The translations under genes and the position numbers were made by a program. From NCBI GenBank assembly GCA_002790655.1, contig PFVO01000008.1:1-49114 (forward strand): DNA of 49,114 nucleotides. The letters run 5' to 3'. Under the pieces are notes generated by a model. The model was not told the DNA's origin and ran no database searches. It worked only from the letters and a program-made list of their open reading frames with translations. Below are positions 19,681 through 28,403 of this stretch, one piece after another. The stretch's first letter is position 1; every line of letters begins with the position of its first letter. Source of the DNA: Candidatus Moranbacteria bacterium CG_4_9_14_3_um_filter_44_28 (GTDB taxonomy: Bacteria; Patescibacteriota; Minisyncoccia; Moranbacterales; UBA11712).

Positions 19681-19716
19681 AAGGGTGGAATCAACTGGTT
19701 CCACCCTTGTTTTTTT
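19681..19716. terminator. Terminator between convergent genes
   Basis: AAGGGTGGAATC-AACT-GGTTCCACCCTT-GTTTTTTT. Confidence 0.75.
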
Positions 19717-19761
19717 ACCTTTCAAACGCACTACCGCTGAATCCTTTTGGCGCTGGCTTTA

Positions 19762-20457
19762 TTAAGTTTTCATCAGCCGGGGGTATCGCTCTTTCGCCGC
19801 AATTCGCGCCTGGTCCATCAGCGTTCTTTCCTCATCCGTTTCGTACACCCGAGGCACGGGAATGGGCTTAGCTTTCCCGGTTGCCAAAAGATAAAGCCCT
19901 TCGATCTGTACTTCGTGCTCGATCGGCAGCAATCGGCGGGAAATTTCTTCATCTGTTTCATGCTCCTAATAATCTTCGTAGTGGACATAGACGACATCGC
20001 CGTCGTCATAATCCTTGTGGGCATACTGGCAAAAGACAGGAATAGGCCGTTTTTCGCCTATCTTTTTACAGAACCAGAGCTGGGCGTATATTCTCCTCTC
20101 GTAATACATGAATCTTCCGCCGGGACCCAGGTGCTGGTTTAGTCCCTGAAAGCGCTCGGTGACATAATCCGGCGTATAGGGCTCCCAGCCCAACTGATGA
20201 AAATAATCCGGCCTGTAGATGTCCATAATTTCCAGAAGTTGCTGACCAAGGTTATCCCTTTTGCTATTGATGACGTAGATATTCTTTTGCGGAAAACCGG
20301 CATCAATGACTTTTTTTATTCCGCCAGCCATTGGATTACTTGAAATTATAGCCACGGTTTTTACTAATCCATGTAGTTTTCCACCCGGCTTTTGCGCTTC
20401 AAGAATAGCCAGATTTGTAGAACCCCCACCCGAAATTAAATTTACCGTAGTAATCAT
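19762..20457 (-). pseudogene. purN: Divergent GAR formyltransferase with in-frame TAG at 19966-19968
   Basis: LISGGGSTNLAIL, LNQHLG, YDDGDV. Frame continues after TAG as EHETDEEISRRLLPIEH... to TAA at 19762. Confidence 0.75.
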
Positions 20458-20556
20458 ATTTCCTCCAAATCTAATAGGATCTTTTTAAAAGGAGCGACCT
20501 CCTGGCCCCTCCATTTTGCCTGTTATCAAGCTAACAAATACACCGCCCAAAAGCAA

Positions 20557-20585
20557 TTGACAGAAAAAACTATATATGATACTAT
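20557..20585 (+). promoter_or_regulatory. Near-consensus sigma70 promoter
   Basis: TTGACA (20557-20562), 17 bp, TGnTACTAT (extended -10, 20580-20585). Confidence 0.75.
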
Positions 20586-20613
20586 CATCAGCAGTTATCG
20601 AATTAGGCGTATC

Positions 20614-20903
20614 ATCCCTCACCACTTTTACTTTTATGTATTTTATGTGTATCTCATAAAGAATGAGAAAAATGAGATTTACACAGGTTGTACAAGCGAT
20701 CTTAGAAAGAGAATAGCGGAGCATAATAAGAACAGAGTTGCGTACACAAAGCATAAAGGTCTATGGGAAATCAGATACTACGAGGCTTTCTCTTGCAAAT
20801 ACGATGCATTCAAGCGGGAAAAGAGCTTGAAAAGGCACGCGAGAGGAACTCAAGAGTTGAAAGAGCGGCTGGCTGGCAGTCTAAAGTAAAAGTGGTGAGG
20901 GAT
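20614..20903. mobile_element. GIY-YIG cassette bounded by perfect 21-bp inverted repeats
   Basis: ATCCCTCACCACTTTTACTTT (20614-20634) / AAAGTAAAAGTGGTGAGGGAT (20883-20903). Confidence 0.7.
20647..20889 (+). CDS. Stand-alone GIY-YIG nuclease (start uncertain)
   Basis: YVYLI..IYTGCTSDLRKRIAEHN..YT..W..YYEAF..DA.KRE..LK. ATG at 20636 is one base out of frame; GTG at 20647 is in frame. Confidence 0.88.
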   Translation: MYLIKNEKNEIYTGCTSDLRKRIAEHNKNRVAYTKHKGLWEIRYYEAFSCKYDAFKREKSLKRHARGTQELKERLAGSLK

Positions 20904-20983
20904 AAAATAAAGTCGTTCGCCTAAGTGAGAACTATCTTGAGCCGAAAGGCCCGGGATTATTAACAAGTTAGGCGAAACGAGAA

Positions 20984-21211
20984 ATGGATTATCAAAACAG
21001 ACCCCAGCGCCAGATGCACGACGTGTCTGCTCTGGGACTCAAGTGCGAGGAATGCGGCGCCGAAATCAAAGAGCTTCCGTTCGAGCCCACCAAGCGCGAC
21101 GACGGAACCTACGGCCGGCTTTACTGTCAGCCTTGCAACCGCAACCGGCGCAAAAGCTTCGGCGGCGGCGACAGAGGCGGATTCGGCGGCGGTCGAAGAG
21201 ACCGATACTGA
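20984..21211 (+). CDS. Small zinc-binding CxxC-x17-CxxC-like protein with RGG-type tail
   Basis: RQMH..CEECG..LPFEP..LYCQPC; GGGDRGGFGGGRR. Confidence 0.82.
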   Translation: MDYQNRPQRQMHDVSALGLKCEECGAEIKELPFEPTKRDDGTYGRLYCQPCNRNRRKSFGGGDRGGFGGGRRDRY

Positions 21212-21221
21212 ACCGAATCGC

Positions 21222-21255
21222 AAAACAACCCCGACACAACGTCGGGGTTGTTTTT
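21222..21255 (+). terminator. Intrinsic terminator
   Basis: AAAACAACCCCGAC-ACAAC-GTCGGGGTTGTTTTT. Confidence 0.85.
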
Positions 21256-21290
21256 GTTATTTCAACTGCTAATGTTACAATAACACCTGG

Positions 21291-22088
21291 ATGCGAAAAG
21301 GATACAAAAAACTGCTCGTAATCCTTCTGACAGCCGCCGTGTTGCTGGCGGGATATTTCCTCTTTTTCTGGAAAAAGCTGGCCTCGGAACCCCCGAAGCC
21401 AACTGCCCAAAATAACCAGATCGCCCAGAATCAAAAAGGAGAAGCGAAAAACTCCGAAACGGAAAACCAGACGGAGGAAAAGAAAACCGAGCCAGCCGAA
21501 GAAAAACCCGCTCCCAATATCCCCGAAAAATTTCTTCTCGAAATTCCCTTCTATTCCCAGACTCCGCTTTCCAAATGGGACGCTTTTCACGAGGAAATGT
21601 GCGAGGAAGCCTCGGTCCTGAACGCCGGCCTGTATCTTGCCGGCAAAAAACTGACCAAAGAAGAATTTGAAGCCGAGCTTCAGAAAATGCAAAAAACCGA
21701 AAAAAAAGAAATCGGCGAGTGGAAAAGCACGACTATCACCCAGATAAAAAAACTAGTTGATGTATATTTTGATGGAGCGATAAAAAGCAAAATTGTCGAT
21801 AATCCTTCAATCGAAGATATTGAAACGGAAATCTCTGCCGGAAATCCGGTGATTATTCCTCTTTCCGGCCGCGACATCGGAAACCCGAACTTTACTCCCC
21901 CGGGACCGGTCTATCACATGCTGGTCATCAAAGGCTATGATTCGCAAAACTTTATCACCAACGACGTCGGCACGAGAAAAGGAAATTCATACGTTTACAA
22001 AAAAGAAGTGCTTATGAAAAATATGCATGATTGGAACAAGAAAAATATACATGCGGGAGGCAAAAGAATTTTAGTGCTTACAAAATGA
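21291..22088 (+). CDS. Membrane-anchored peptidase C39-like protein
   Basis: IPFYSQ.P..W..CEEAS, GNPVI, HMLVIKGYD, ITND. Confidence 0.82.
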   Translation: MRKGYKKLLVILLTAAVLLAGYFLFFWKKLASEPPKPTAQNNQIAQNQKGEAKNSETENQTEEKKTEPAEEKPAPNIPEKFLLEIPFYSQTPLSKWDAFHEEMCEEASVLNAGLYLAGKKLTKEEFEAELQKMQKTEKKEIGEWKSTTITQIKKLVDVYFDGAIKSKIVDNPSIEDIETEISAGNPVIIPLSGRDIGNPNFTPPGPVYHMLVIKGYDSQNFITNDVGTRKGNSYVYKKEVLMKNMHDWNKKNIHAGGKRILVLTK

Positions 22089-22186
22089 CTAATTTCTATT
22101 AGAAATTGGATATTGGATATTCTAAAACTTGCCGTTTTGCCAAATCTGCTATAATATAACTAAAGCCATAACCAAAAAACTATTTT

Positions 22187-23188
22187 ATGTACTGTTTAGT
22201 TGACTTCAGAAACCGTCCTCAACTTCAATATACTTTCCGATCCCGCGGAAAAGCCCGCGAGTATCTCGGGAAAATAAAAAACAATCCTTTGGGAGTAACT
22301 GCCATTTATCCCGACGGCCGGCGGGAGTATTTTGAACAGGGCCTGCCCAACGGGTTTCTCCGGCACTGCGACAAGAGCGCCCAAATAAAAAAGGGCTGTC
22401 ACGCGAAATACAAAATCCGGGAACTCAATACCATTGACGGATTAAGAAGGAACGCGAGCACCCCGGAAAGCGCAAATCTTGGAAACTGGAGAGGAAAATC
22501 CGTTTTTTCTCTTTTTATGCTGGGGAATAAAAAAGTTTACGCGGGGCTGGCAATCGTTTCACTCATCGTATTTTCCTCTTCCTGGTATTTTCAAAATCAA
22601 TACGGAGAGAACGCCATTGCCCAGTCAGAAAACGCGGGAAATGAAACCTCCGGCCGGGTTGCCGGCGCGGCTGACGAGAAAATCGGGAATTCCGAAGAAC
22701 CGGCCGATTCGCTTCAGCTTGCCGACGAAGAAATCATTATGAGTCTTCTCGGAAAAATCGAGGAGGCAAAACAAGGAGAGTTTGAAACCGAAATTCTGCG
22801 CTACATCAAAGGCCGGCCGATGGAAAAAATGGCGCCCTATATCGCCAAACAGCCGAGAATCGTCGCCGCTTTCATTGTCGGAATTGCCATGAAGGAAAGC
22901 AAGTTTGGTCTTTACGCCCCGCACAGCGGCGGGCGGGATTGCTATAACTACTGGGGCTATAAAGGCCGGGAAAACACGACTGCTTCCGGATATTCCTGTT
23001 TCAATTCACCCGAGCATGCCATTCAGGTGGTCGGGAAAAAGATCAATTCTCTTGTCGCCCGGGGAATATCAAATCCGGCCCAGATGATCAGCTGGAAATG
23101 CGGCTCGACCTGCTCGTGGGACAACCCCGAAAACGTGCGCAAATGGATCGCGGACGTGGGAATTTATTTTCACAAGATAAACTCATAA
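22187..23188 (+). CDS. Membrane-anchored protein with C-terminal lysozyme-like domain (paralog 1)
   Basis: One TM helix; IVGIAMKESKFG..NYWGY..GYSCF.S. Confidence 0.65.
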   Translation: MYCLVDFRNRPQLQYTFRSRGKAREYLGKIKNNPLGVTAIYPDGRREYFEQGLPNGFLRHCDKSAQIKKGCHAKYKIRELNTIDGLRRNASTPESANLGNWRGKSVFSLFMLGNKKVYAGLAIVSLIVFSSSWYFQNQYGENAIAQSENAGNETSGRVAGAADEKIGNSEEPADSLQLADEEIIMSLLGKIEEAKQGEFETEILRYIKGRPMEKMAPYIAKQPRIVAAFIVGIAMKESKFGLYAPHSGGRDCYNYWGYKGRENTTASGYSCFNSPEHAIQVVGKKINSLVARGISNPAQMISWKCGSTCSWDNPENVRKWIADVGIYFHKINS

Positions 23189-23317
23189 TTTTGCTTATAT
23201 AAGCAATTTTTAGAGCGTCGTAAAAAACCCCTTGACGGCCTTTGCCGCTTCTGCTAGCATAACTCTCGTCAATAATAAATGGAGTAGCTATTAGTGCTAT
23301 TCTTTTTTTGTTGTTCA

Positions 23318-23389
23318 CCCCGTCGAATTTCGCGCAAGCGAAACATTCTGCGGGGCCTGCCCCGTTAAATATACAAATTTAACCGGGGC
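23318..23389. repeat. Two tandem CCCCGT..CGGGG palindromes
   Basis: CCCCGTCGAAT..ATTCTGCGGGG and GCCCCGTTAAAT..ATTTAACCGGGGC. Confidence 0.75.
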
Positions 23390-23437
23390 CGCAAGCCGAA
23401 AACGGCCCAAAATGGTCTTTTCAGCCCAAGATAAATT

Positions 23438-24403
23438 TTGAAAAACTTGCCAATGAGTAACTGGAGTAAATCCGCTTTCTACGGGGGGATTTATACCAAA
23501 ACTCAACCGCAAACAAACTGCCTGCAGTGTGATGCGAAAATCAGCTGCAAATACTACAAATTCGCAAACCAGCTCAAAAACTATCAGGAAATTCTGAAGG
23601 CGGGCTGGGAGAAGTCAAAAAACTTGTCCCGTACCACAGGGACTTTCGGTCAGCTATATAGACACACCCAAACCAAAGTACAGGCAAAATGGCCTGTAGT
23701 GCGGGGACTATATCTTTCGATAAAAGACAACCTGAAGATCCACCTGACCAAAAAGCAGGAGCTTTACTGGCCGCTTTTGATTTCGGCCGTCCTTTTGCTT
23801 TTAGTTCTTGTTTCCAAAATCGCTTTTGCCGGGAGTCTCGCGTCGCCCAATAATTTTCCCATTGAGGATAGTTCGAAATTCAATCTGATCGGCTTTGAAA
23901 AGAAAACTGCCTCGGGAAAAATCTGCTCAAAAGATGAAAAAGCCGACAGCCGGATCGAAAAAGTAGCCGAAGCAAGCGACAATAAAAAAGAAGAGCTCAA
24001 AAACGAAATCGCAAGCGTCGTGAAAAATACTCCCATGGCCGCTATGATTGATTCTATTTCCGAAAAACCGCGTCCGGTCGCCGCTTTCATTGTCGGAATC
24101 GCGATGAAGGAAAGCAAATTCGGAGTCTACTCGCCGAAGAAGGACAGGCGGGATTGTTATAACTACTGGGGCTATAAAGGAAGAGAAAACGTGACAGCCG
24201 GCGGATATTCCTGCTTCAGCTCGCCCGAGCATGCCGTCGAAGTTGTTGGTGGAAAAATAGAATCACTTGTTGACCGCGGCGTGAAAAACCCGGCTCAAAT
24301 GATTTCCTGGAAATGCGGCCGATCCTGCGCCGGCCACGGCCAAGCCAACGTTCAGAAATGGATTTCGGACGTGGCGATATACTTCAATAGAATAAATTCA
24401 TAA
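23438..24403 (+). CDS. Membrane-anchored protein with C-terminal lysozyme-like domain (paralog 2; start uncertain)
   Basis: C-terminal ~125 aa aligns closely with paralog 1. Confidence 0.65.
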   Translation: MKNLPMSNWSKSAFYGGIYTKTQPQTNCLQCDAKISCKYYKFANQLKNYQEILKAGWEKSKNLSRTTGTFGQLYRHTQTKVQAKWPVVRGLYLSIKDNLKIHLTKKQELYWPLLISAVLLLLVLVSKIAFAGSLASPNNFPIEDSSKFNLIGFEKKTASGKICSKDEKADSRIEKVAEASDNKKEELKNEIASVVKNTPMAAMIDSISEKPRPVAAFIVGIAMKESKFGVYSPKKDRRDCYNYWGYKGRENVTAGGYSCFSSPEHAVEVVGGKIESLVDRGVKNPAQMISWKCGRSCAGHGQANVQKWISDVAIYFNRINS

Positions 24404-24411
24404 AAACCTTC

Positions 24412-24442
24412 AGAAAAACGGCCTTCGGGCCGTTTTTCTTTT
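24412..24442. terminator. Bidirectional terminator
   Basis: AGAAAAACGGCC-TTCG-GGCCGTTTTTCT. Confidence 0.85.
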
Positions 24443-24473
24443 GTGTTATGTGTTGCGTGTTATGTGCCACGTG
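24442..24473. repeat. Degenerate heptamer array (YGTGTTR)n
   Basis: TGTGTTA TGTGTTG CGTGTTA TGTGCCA CGTG. Confidence 0.7.
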
Positions 24474-24474
24474 A

Positions 24475-25767
24475 TCAATAATCCTTCAGTTTCCCCGCCA
24501 AACCGCTCTGCCTGATTTTTTCCAAGGCTTTGGCTTCGATTTGGCGAATGCGCTCGCGCGTCACTCCGAATTCATGTCCAACCTCTTCAAGCGTGTGCGT
24601 CACTCCGTCTTCAAGTCCAAATCGGATTTTCAATATTTTTTGCTCACGCGGGGTCAAATCTTTCAAAACCAAGTCAACGTGATCGGCCAGAAGTTTTCTG
24701 GCCGCGCTGTGATGAGGCATAATCGTCTCCGTGTCTTCAATGAAGTCTCCGAGAATGCTGTCATCCTCGCTGTCTCCCACCGGCGTTTCGATGGAAACGG
24801 TCTCCTGGGAAATTTTCATGATATGGCGCACTTTTTCCACTTCAATTCCCATTTCGGCCGCGATTTCTTCAGGAAGCGGATCGCGCCCCAAATCCTGCAC
24901 CAGCCGCCTCGTCGCCTGCGTGTATTTGTTGATTGTCTCCACCATATGCACCGGAATGCGGATTGTCCGGGACTGGTCGGCCAGCGCCCGCGTGATGGCC
25001 TGCCTGATCCACCAGGTGGCATAAGTGGAGAATTTATAACCTTTTCGGTAATCAAATTTCTCGACCGCCCGAAACAAACCGATGTTTCCCTCCTGAATGA
25101 GATCCAGCAAAGATAGATTGGCGCTCCGCCCGACATATTTTTTGGCAATGGAAACAACAAGACGCAAATTTGCTTCCGCCAATTTTTGCTTGGCGGCAAG
25201 ATCTCCTTTTTCGATTCTCTTGGCCAAATGGACTTCTTCCTCGGCTTTGAGAAGCGGAACTCGGCCGATCTCGCGAAGATACATCTGGACCGAATCCGCG
25301 GAAATGTCACCAAGATCCAGCGGAATGTCTATGTCTTCAACCTTTTTTTCCTGAATTTCGGCTTCTCTTTCAACTTCTCCCTTTATCACTTCGTCGGAAC
25401 TGACAATCTTCACTCCGGTTTTTTCCAGTTTTTCATAAAGTTCCTCAAGCCCGCTCAAATTTTTTTCCACTTCGGGAATAGCGTGAAGAATTTCATCTTC
25501 CGTGATAAAGCCTCTTTGCTTTCCAACCCGCAACAGTTCGCTTATCTGACTTGTTTCTTTTGCCGCAATTGGTTTCCCCGGCAGTTTTGGAGCACCTTTT
25601 CTTTTTTTCTCTTTCGTTCCCGATTTTCTTTTTCTCGAGGCAACTTTTTTCCGAACAGCTTTCCCTCCTCTCCTTTCAAGCCTTCCTTTTTTCGCCGTTT
25701 TTCTCATTGCCCTTTTCTTCCGCCGTTTTTCCTTTCTTTTTTTCCCGGCTTTCTTTTTCCTCGCCAT
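24475..25767 (-). CDS. rpoD: Primary sigma factor sigma70
   Basis: [48 protein letters not shown]. Confidence 0.97.
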   Translation of the reverse strand: MARKKKAGKKRKEKRRKKRAMRKTAKKGRLERRGGKAVRKKVASRKRKSGTKEKKRKGAPKLPGKPIAAKETSQISELLRVGKQRGFITEDEILHAIPEVEKNLSGLEELYEKLEKTGVKIVSSDEVIKGEVEREAEIQEKKVEDIDIPLDLGDISADSVQMYLREIGRVPLLKAEEEVHLAKRIEKGDLAAKQKLAEANLRLVVSIAKKYVGRSANLSLLDLIQEGNIGLFRAVEKFDYRKGYKFSTYATWWIRQAITRALADQSRTIRIPVHMVETINKYTQATRRLVQDLGRDPLPEEIAAEMGIEVEKVRHIMKISQETVSIETPVGDSEDDSILGDFIEDTETIMPHHSAARKLLADHVDLVLKDLTPREQKILKIRFGLEDGVTHTLEEVGHEFGVTRERIRQIEAKALEKIRQSGLAGKLKDY

Positions 25768-25774
25768 AAAAATG

Positions 25775-27586
25775 TTAACTTATTTGACTTAACATCGAAG
25801 TGAGATTCTGAAATTCGCCCATAAGTTCTTTGACTTTTTTCCTGTCCCCGCTTTTTTCCGCCGCTTTGATATCCTGCGCAATCCCGACAATTTTCCTCTT
25901 CATATTTTCGCTTTTCAGGCGCTTGAGGCTTTTTTTGAGCTCTTCCGCCGGGTCCAGACCCGACAAATCGCCGAACTCCACTTCCGCCTCAAAAACCGCT
26001 TCGTCGAGAAACTTCTCTGTTTCGTAATCAGGAAAAACGGCCTTAAGCGCCTCAAGGCTCGCATTTTCTCTTTTTTCTTTTATCGCTGAAATAATTTTTT
26101 TCTCCTTTTCGCCCTGAAAATCAGAAATGCTTACTTTCTCGATTTCCCGCCGGCATTCTTTGGGAAAAGCCGCGAAAATTCCGATCATTCTTTTTGTCAA
26201 AACTGACTGGCCGCCGGCGCCGGCAGTCTTTTGCTTTTCGGGGGAAACAGCTTCTTTCTTTTCCGATTTTACTTTTCGGATCACTTCAGACAAAACTTTT
26301 TCGCCCGTTTCCAGCTTTTCCGAGAGAACTCTTATCCAATGAGCCTGCTCCACGGGATTAGCGACGTCTTTTATCACATTGAGAAGCTCCCGGGCAATTT
26401 TTTTCTTGCCGACAGGGCTTTTCGCGTCGTAACGGGAAAAAGCGTCTTTGAAATAATAGTCTAAAATGCTCTCGGCTCTTTCAACCGCCTCTCGCCAGAG
26501 CTTTGGATTTTCCCGAATGACATCGGCCGCGTCTTTTCCGCCGTCAAGCAGAATTATTTTAACATCTAATTCACTCCCAAGACAAATCCTGATGCTTCTT
26601 TTAGCCGCCTCTTGGCCGGCCACGTCCATATCGAATCCGATTTTCAGGTTTTCCGTATAGCGCTTGATGGTTTTTACCTGCTCCGGCGCGAGCGCCGTTC
26701 CTGAAACGGCAATTGTGTTTCCGAATCCGGCCTGATGCGAGGCAATCACATCCATATTGCCCTCAACCAGAATCGCCTCATCTCGTTTTTTGATTTCAGT
26801 TTTGGCCAGATGCAAGCCGTACAAAATTTTGCTTTTGTCATAAAGCTCGGTTTGAGAGGTATTGATATATTTAGCTGTTTTTTCATCGCCTCCTGGAGCC
26901 ACCCGGGCGGAAAAACCGACCACTCGTCCCATAATATCCTGAATGGGAAACATAATCCGGTCCCGGAAACGGTCGTAGTATTTTGTATCTTGTATTTCGT
27001 ATTGTGTATTTTGTATTTTTTGTGCCGAATCTTTTTCGACCAATATTCCTGTTTTGGAAATATCAGCAATATCATAATTCTTCTTTAGTAAAAATTCCAG
27101 CAGATTCCGCCATCCGTCCGGCGCGTATCCCAAACGGAATTTTTTTATCGTTCCATCATTGAGTCCCCGTTCATGCAGGTAATTCAAAATTTTTTCTTTC
27201 CCTCTTCCTTCCCAAAGATTTTTCTCGTACCACTTCGTCGCCAACTCGAGAATTTCAAATAATTTCTTTTTGCTGGATTCCAACTTCTCATCTCTCGCCT
27301 CCCGCTTCTTAAGCGTAATCCCCGCCTTCTGCGCCAGCTGCTCGAGGGCTTCCCGAAAACCGATTCCCTCCATTTCCATGACAAATGTGAAAATGTCTCC
27401 GCCTTTTGAGCACCCAAAACAATGAAAACTCTTTCGCTCCTCGCTTACCATAAAAGACGGCGTTTTTTCATTATGAAAAGGACAGAGAGCTTTCCAGTTG
27501 CTCCCTGCTTTTGTGAGCCGGATATACTCACCGACCAAATCAACGATGTCTATTCGATTTTTTATTTCTTCAACGTCGGAGGACAT
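25775..27586 (-). CDS. dnaG: DNA primase
   Basis: [11 protein letters not shown] zinc finger, [23 protein letters not shown]. Confidence 0.97.
   Translation of the reverse strand: MSSDVEEIKNRIDIVDLVGEYIRLTKAGSNWKALCPFHNEKTPSFMVSEERKSFHCFGCSKGGDIFTFVMEMEGIGFREALEQLAQKAGITLKKREARDEKLESSKKKLFEILELATKWYEKNLWEGRGKEKILNYLHERGLNDGTIKKFRLGYAPDGWRNLLEFLLKKNYDIADISKTGILVEKDSAQKIQNTQYEIQDTKYYDRFRDRIMFPIQDIMGRVVGFSARVAPGGDEKTAKYINTSQTELYDKSKILYGLHLAKTEIKKRDEAILVEGNMDVIASHQAGFGNTIAVSGTALAPEQVKTIKRYTENLKIGFDMDVAGQEAAKRSIRICLGSELDVKIILLDGGKDAADVIRENPKLWREAVERAESILDYYFKDAFSRYDAKSPVGKKKIARELLNVIKDVANPVEQAHWIRVLSEKLETGEKVLSEVIRKVKSEKKEAVSPEKQKTAGAGGQSVLTKRMIGIFAAFPKECRREIEKVSISDFQGEKEKKIISAIKEKRENASLEALKAVFPDYETEKFLDEAVFEAEVEFGDLSGLDPAEELKKSLKRLKSENMKRKIVGIAQDIKAAEKSGDRKKVKELMGEFQNLTSMLSQIS
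26978..27019. repeat. Six heptamers (GTATTTT-like) in frame inside dnaG
   Basis: GTATTTT GTATCTT GTATTTC GTATTGT GTATTTT GTATTTT. Confidence 0.85.
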
Positions 27587-27624
27587 TTAAGCTAATAACA
27601 CTCTAGCTGAAAGCCAAGATTTAT

Positions 27625-27942
27625 TCAACCTTGCACGCCTATTTCCCCAATCAACCATTCTTTATACTTTCTACTGAATCCAACCGGCAGTTTCGCAACA
27701 CACGGCACCGAATAAGAATGCATTTTTTCGACTTCGCTGACAATTTTCCGGTATTTTTTCTCTGTTGTCTTTCCAATCAGCACGTACTCTTTGCTCTGCT
27801 CGATTTTGTTCTTCCACCAATACAAACTTTCAATTGGAAAAATATTAGCGCAGACAATCAGGCGCTTTTTGAGCAAATACCGCGCGATTTTTTCGGCTTC
27901 TTTTTTGGTCGGATTGGTGATATATACAAAAACGTATTTCAT
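27625..27942 (-). CDS. cutA: Divalent-cation tolerance protein
   Basis: YITNP..EA..IA..L...CANI.PIES.YWW, HSYSVPC; ATGA overlap with the upstream gene. Confidence 0.9.
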   Translation of the reverse strand: MKYVFVYITNPTKKEAEKIARYLLKKRLIVCANIFPIESLYWWKNKIEQSKEYVLIGKTTEKKYRKIVSEVEKMHSYSVPCVAKLPVGFSRKYKEWLIGEIGVQG

Positions 27943-28344
27943 GTTTTCCATAACCCGTGCAAATTGCAGTATTCTCTCGCAATTATATTTTCCGCCTCGA
28001 CGCAAAATTCGGCTTCGGGCTTGCCCGCCAAAGCTTTAGCGTCGGCGGGCGCATCTCCGGGTTTCAGAAATTTCCGATAAACTTTTCCGTCAACCAGAAT
28101 TTCGATCCACTCTATATAGTGAGCTTCCTCCATCGGGTGAGGTACTGACCCGACTTTCACTTTCACTCCTTTTTCTGTTTTTTCAATCACCGGAACGTGT
28201 TTTTCTAACCCCTCATCCTGATTTTTTTTCAATCAGTAATTCCATGGGCTCATTACAACAGACCAACTGCCCCGCTCCCGCGTGCACAACTTCCACAACA
28301 TTCCCGCAAATATTGCATTTATAGATCTCGTTTATTTGTGTCAC
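27939..28344 (-). pseudogene. dfx: Desulfoferrodoxin (superoxide reductase), frameshifted in an A8 run at ~28222-28229
   Basis: [20 protein letters not shown] in one frame; [24 protein letters not shown] in the next. Confidence 0.85.
28023..28050. repeat. Palindromic element in frame inside dfx
   Basis: GCCCGCC-AAAGCTTTAGCGTC-GGCGGGC. Confidence 0.75.
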
Positions 28345-28403
28345 GAAATCCCCTTAATATTTACTATTTTTTAATACGCTAACGCCTATCATTTCTTCCG
28401 ATT

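Larger units (their letters stand above)
20593..20983 (+). ncRNA. Putative structured 5' leader, interrupted by the GIY-YIG cassette
   Basis: 20603-20609 and 20968-20980 are both complementary to 20913-20924; GAAA-tetraloop hairpin at 20934-20957. Confidence 0.5.

Noticed and set aside
20557-20646. N-terminal extension of the GIY-YIG ORF given in the ORF track
   Set aside because: The TTG start is the -35 box, and the extension spans the promoter, leader and left IR.
22780-24403. DGR template/variable repeat pair
   Set aside because: Both copies are coding, differences look largely synonymous and are not adenine-specific, and no reverse transcriptase is present.
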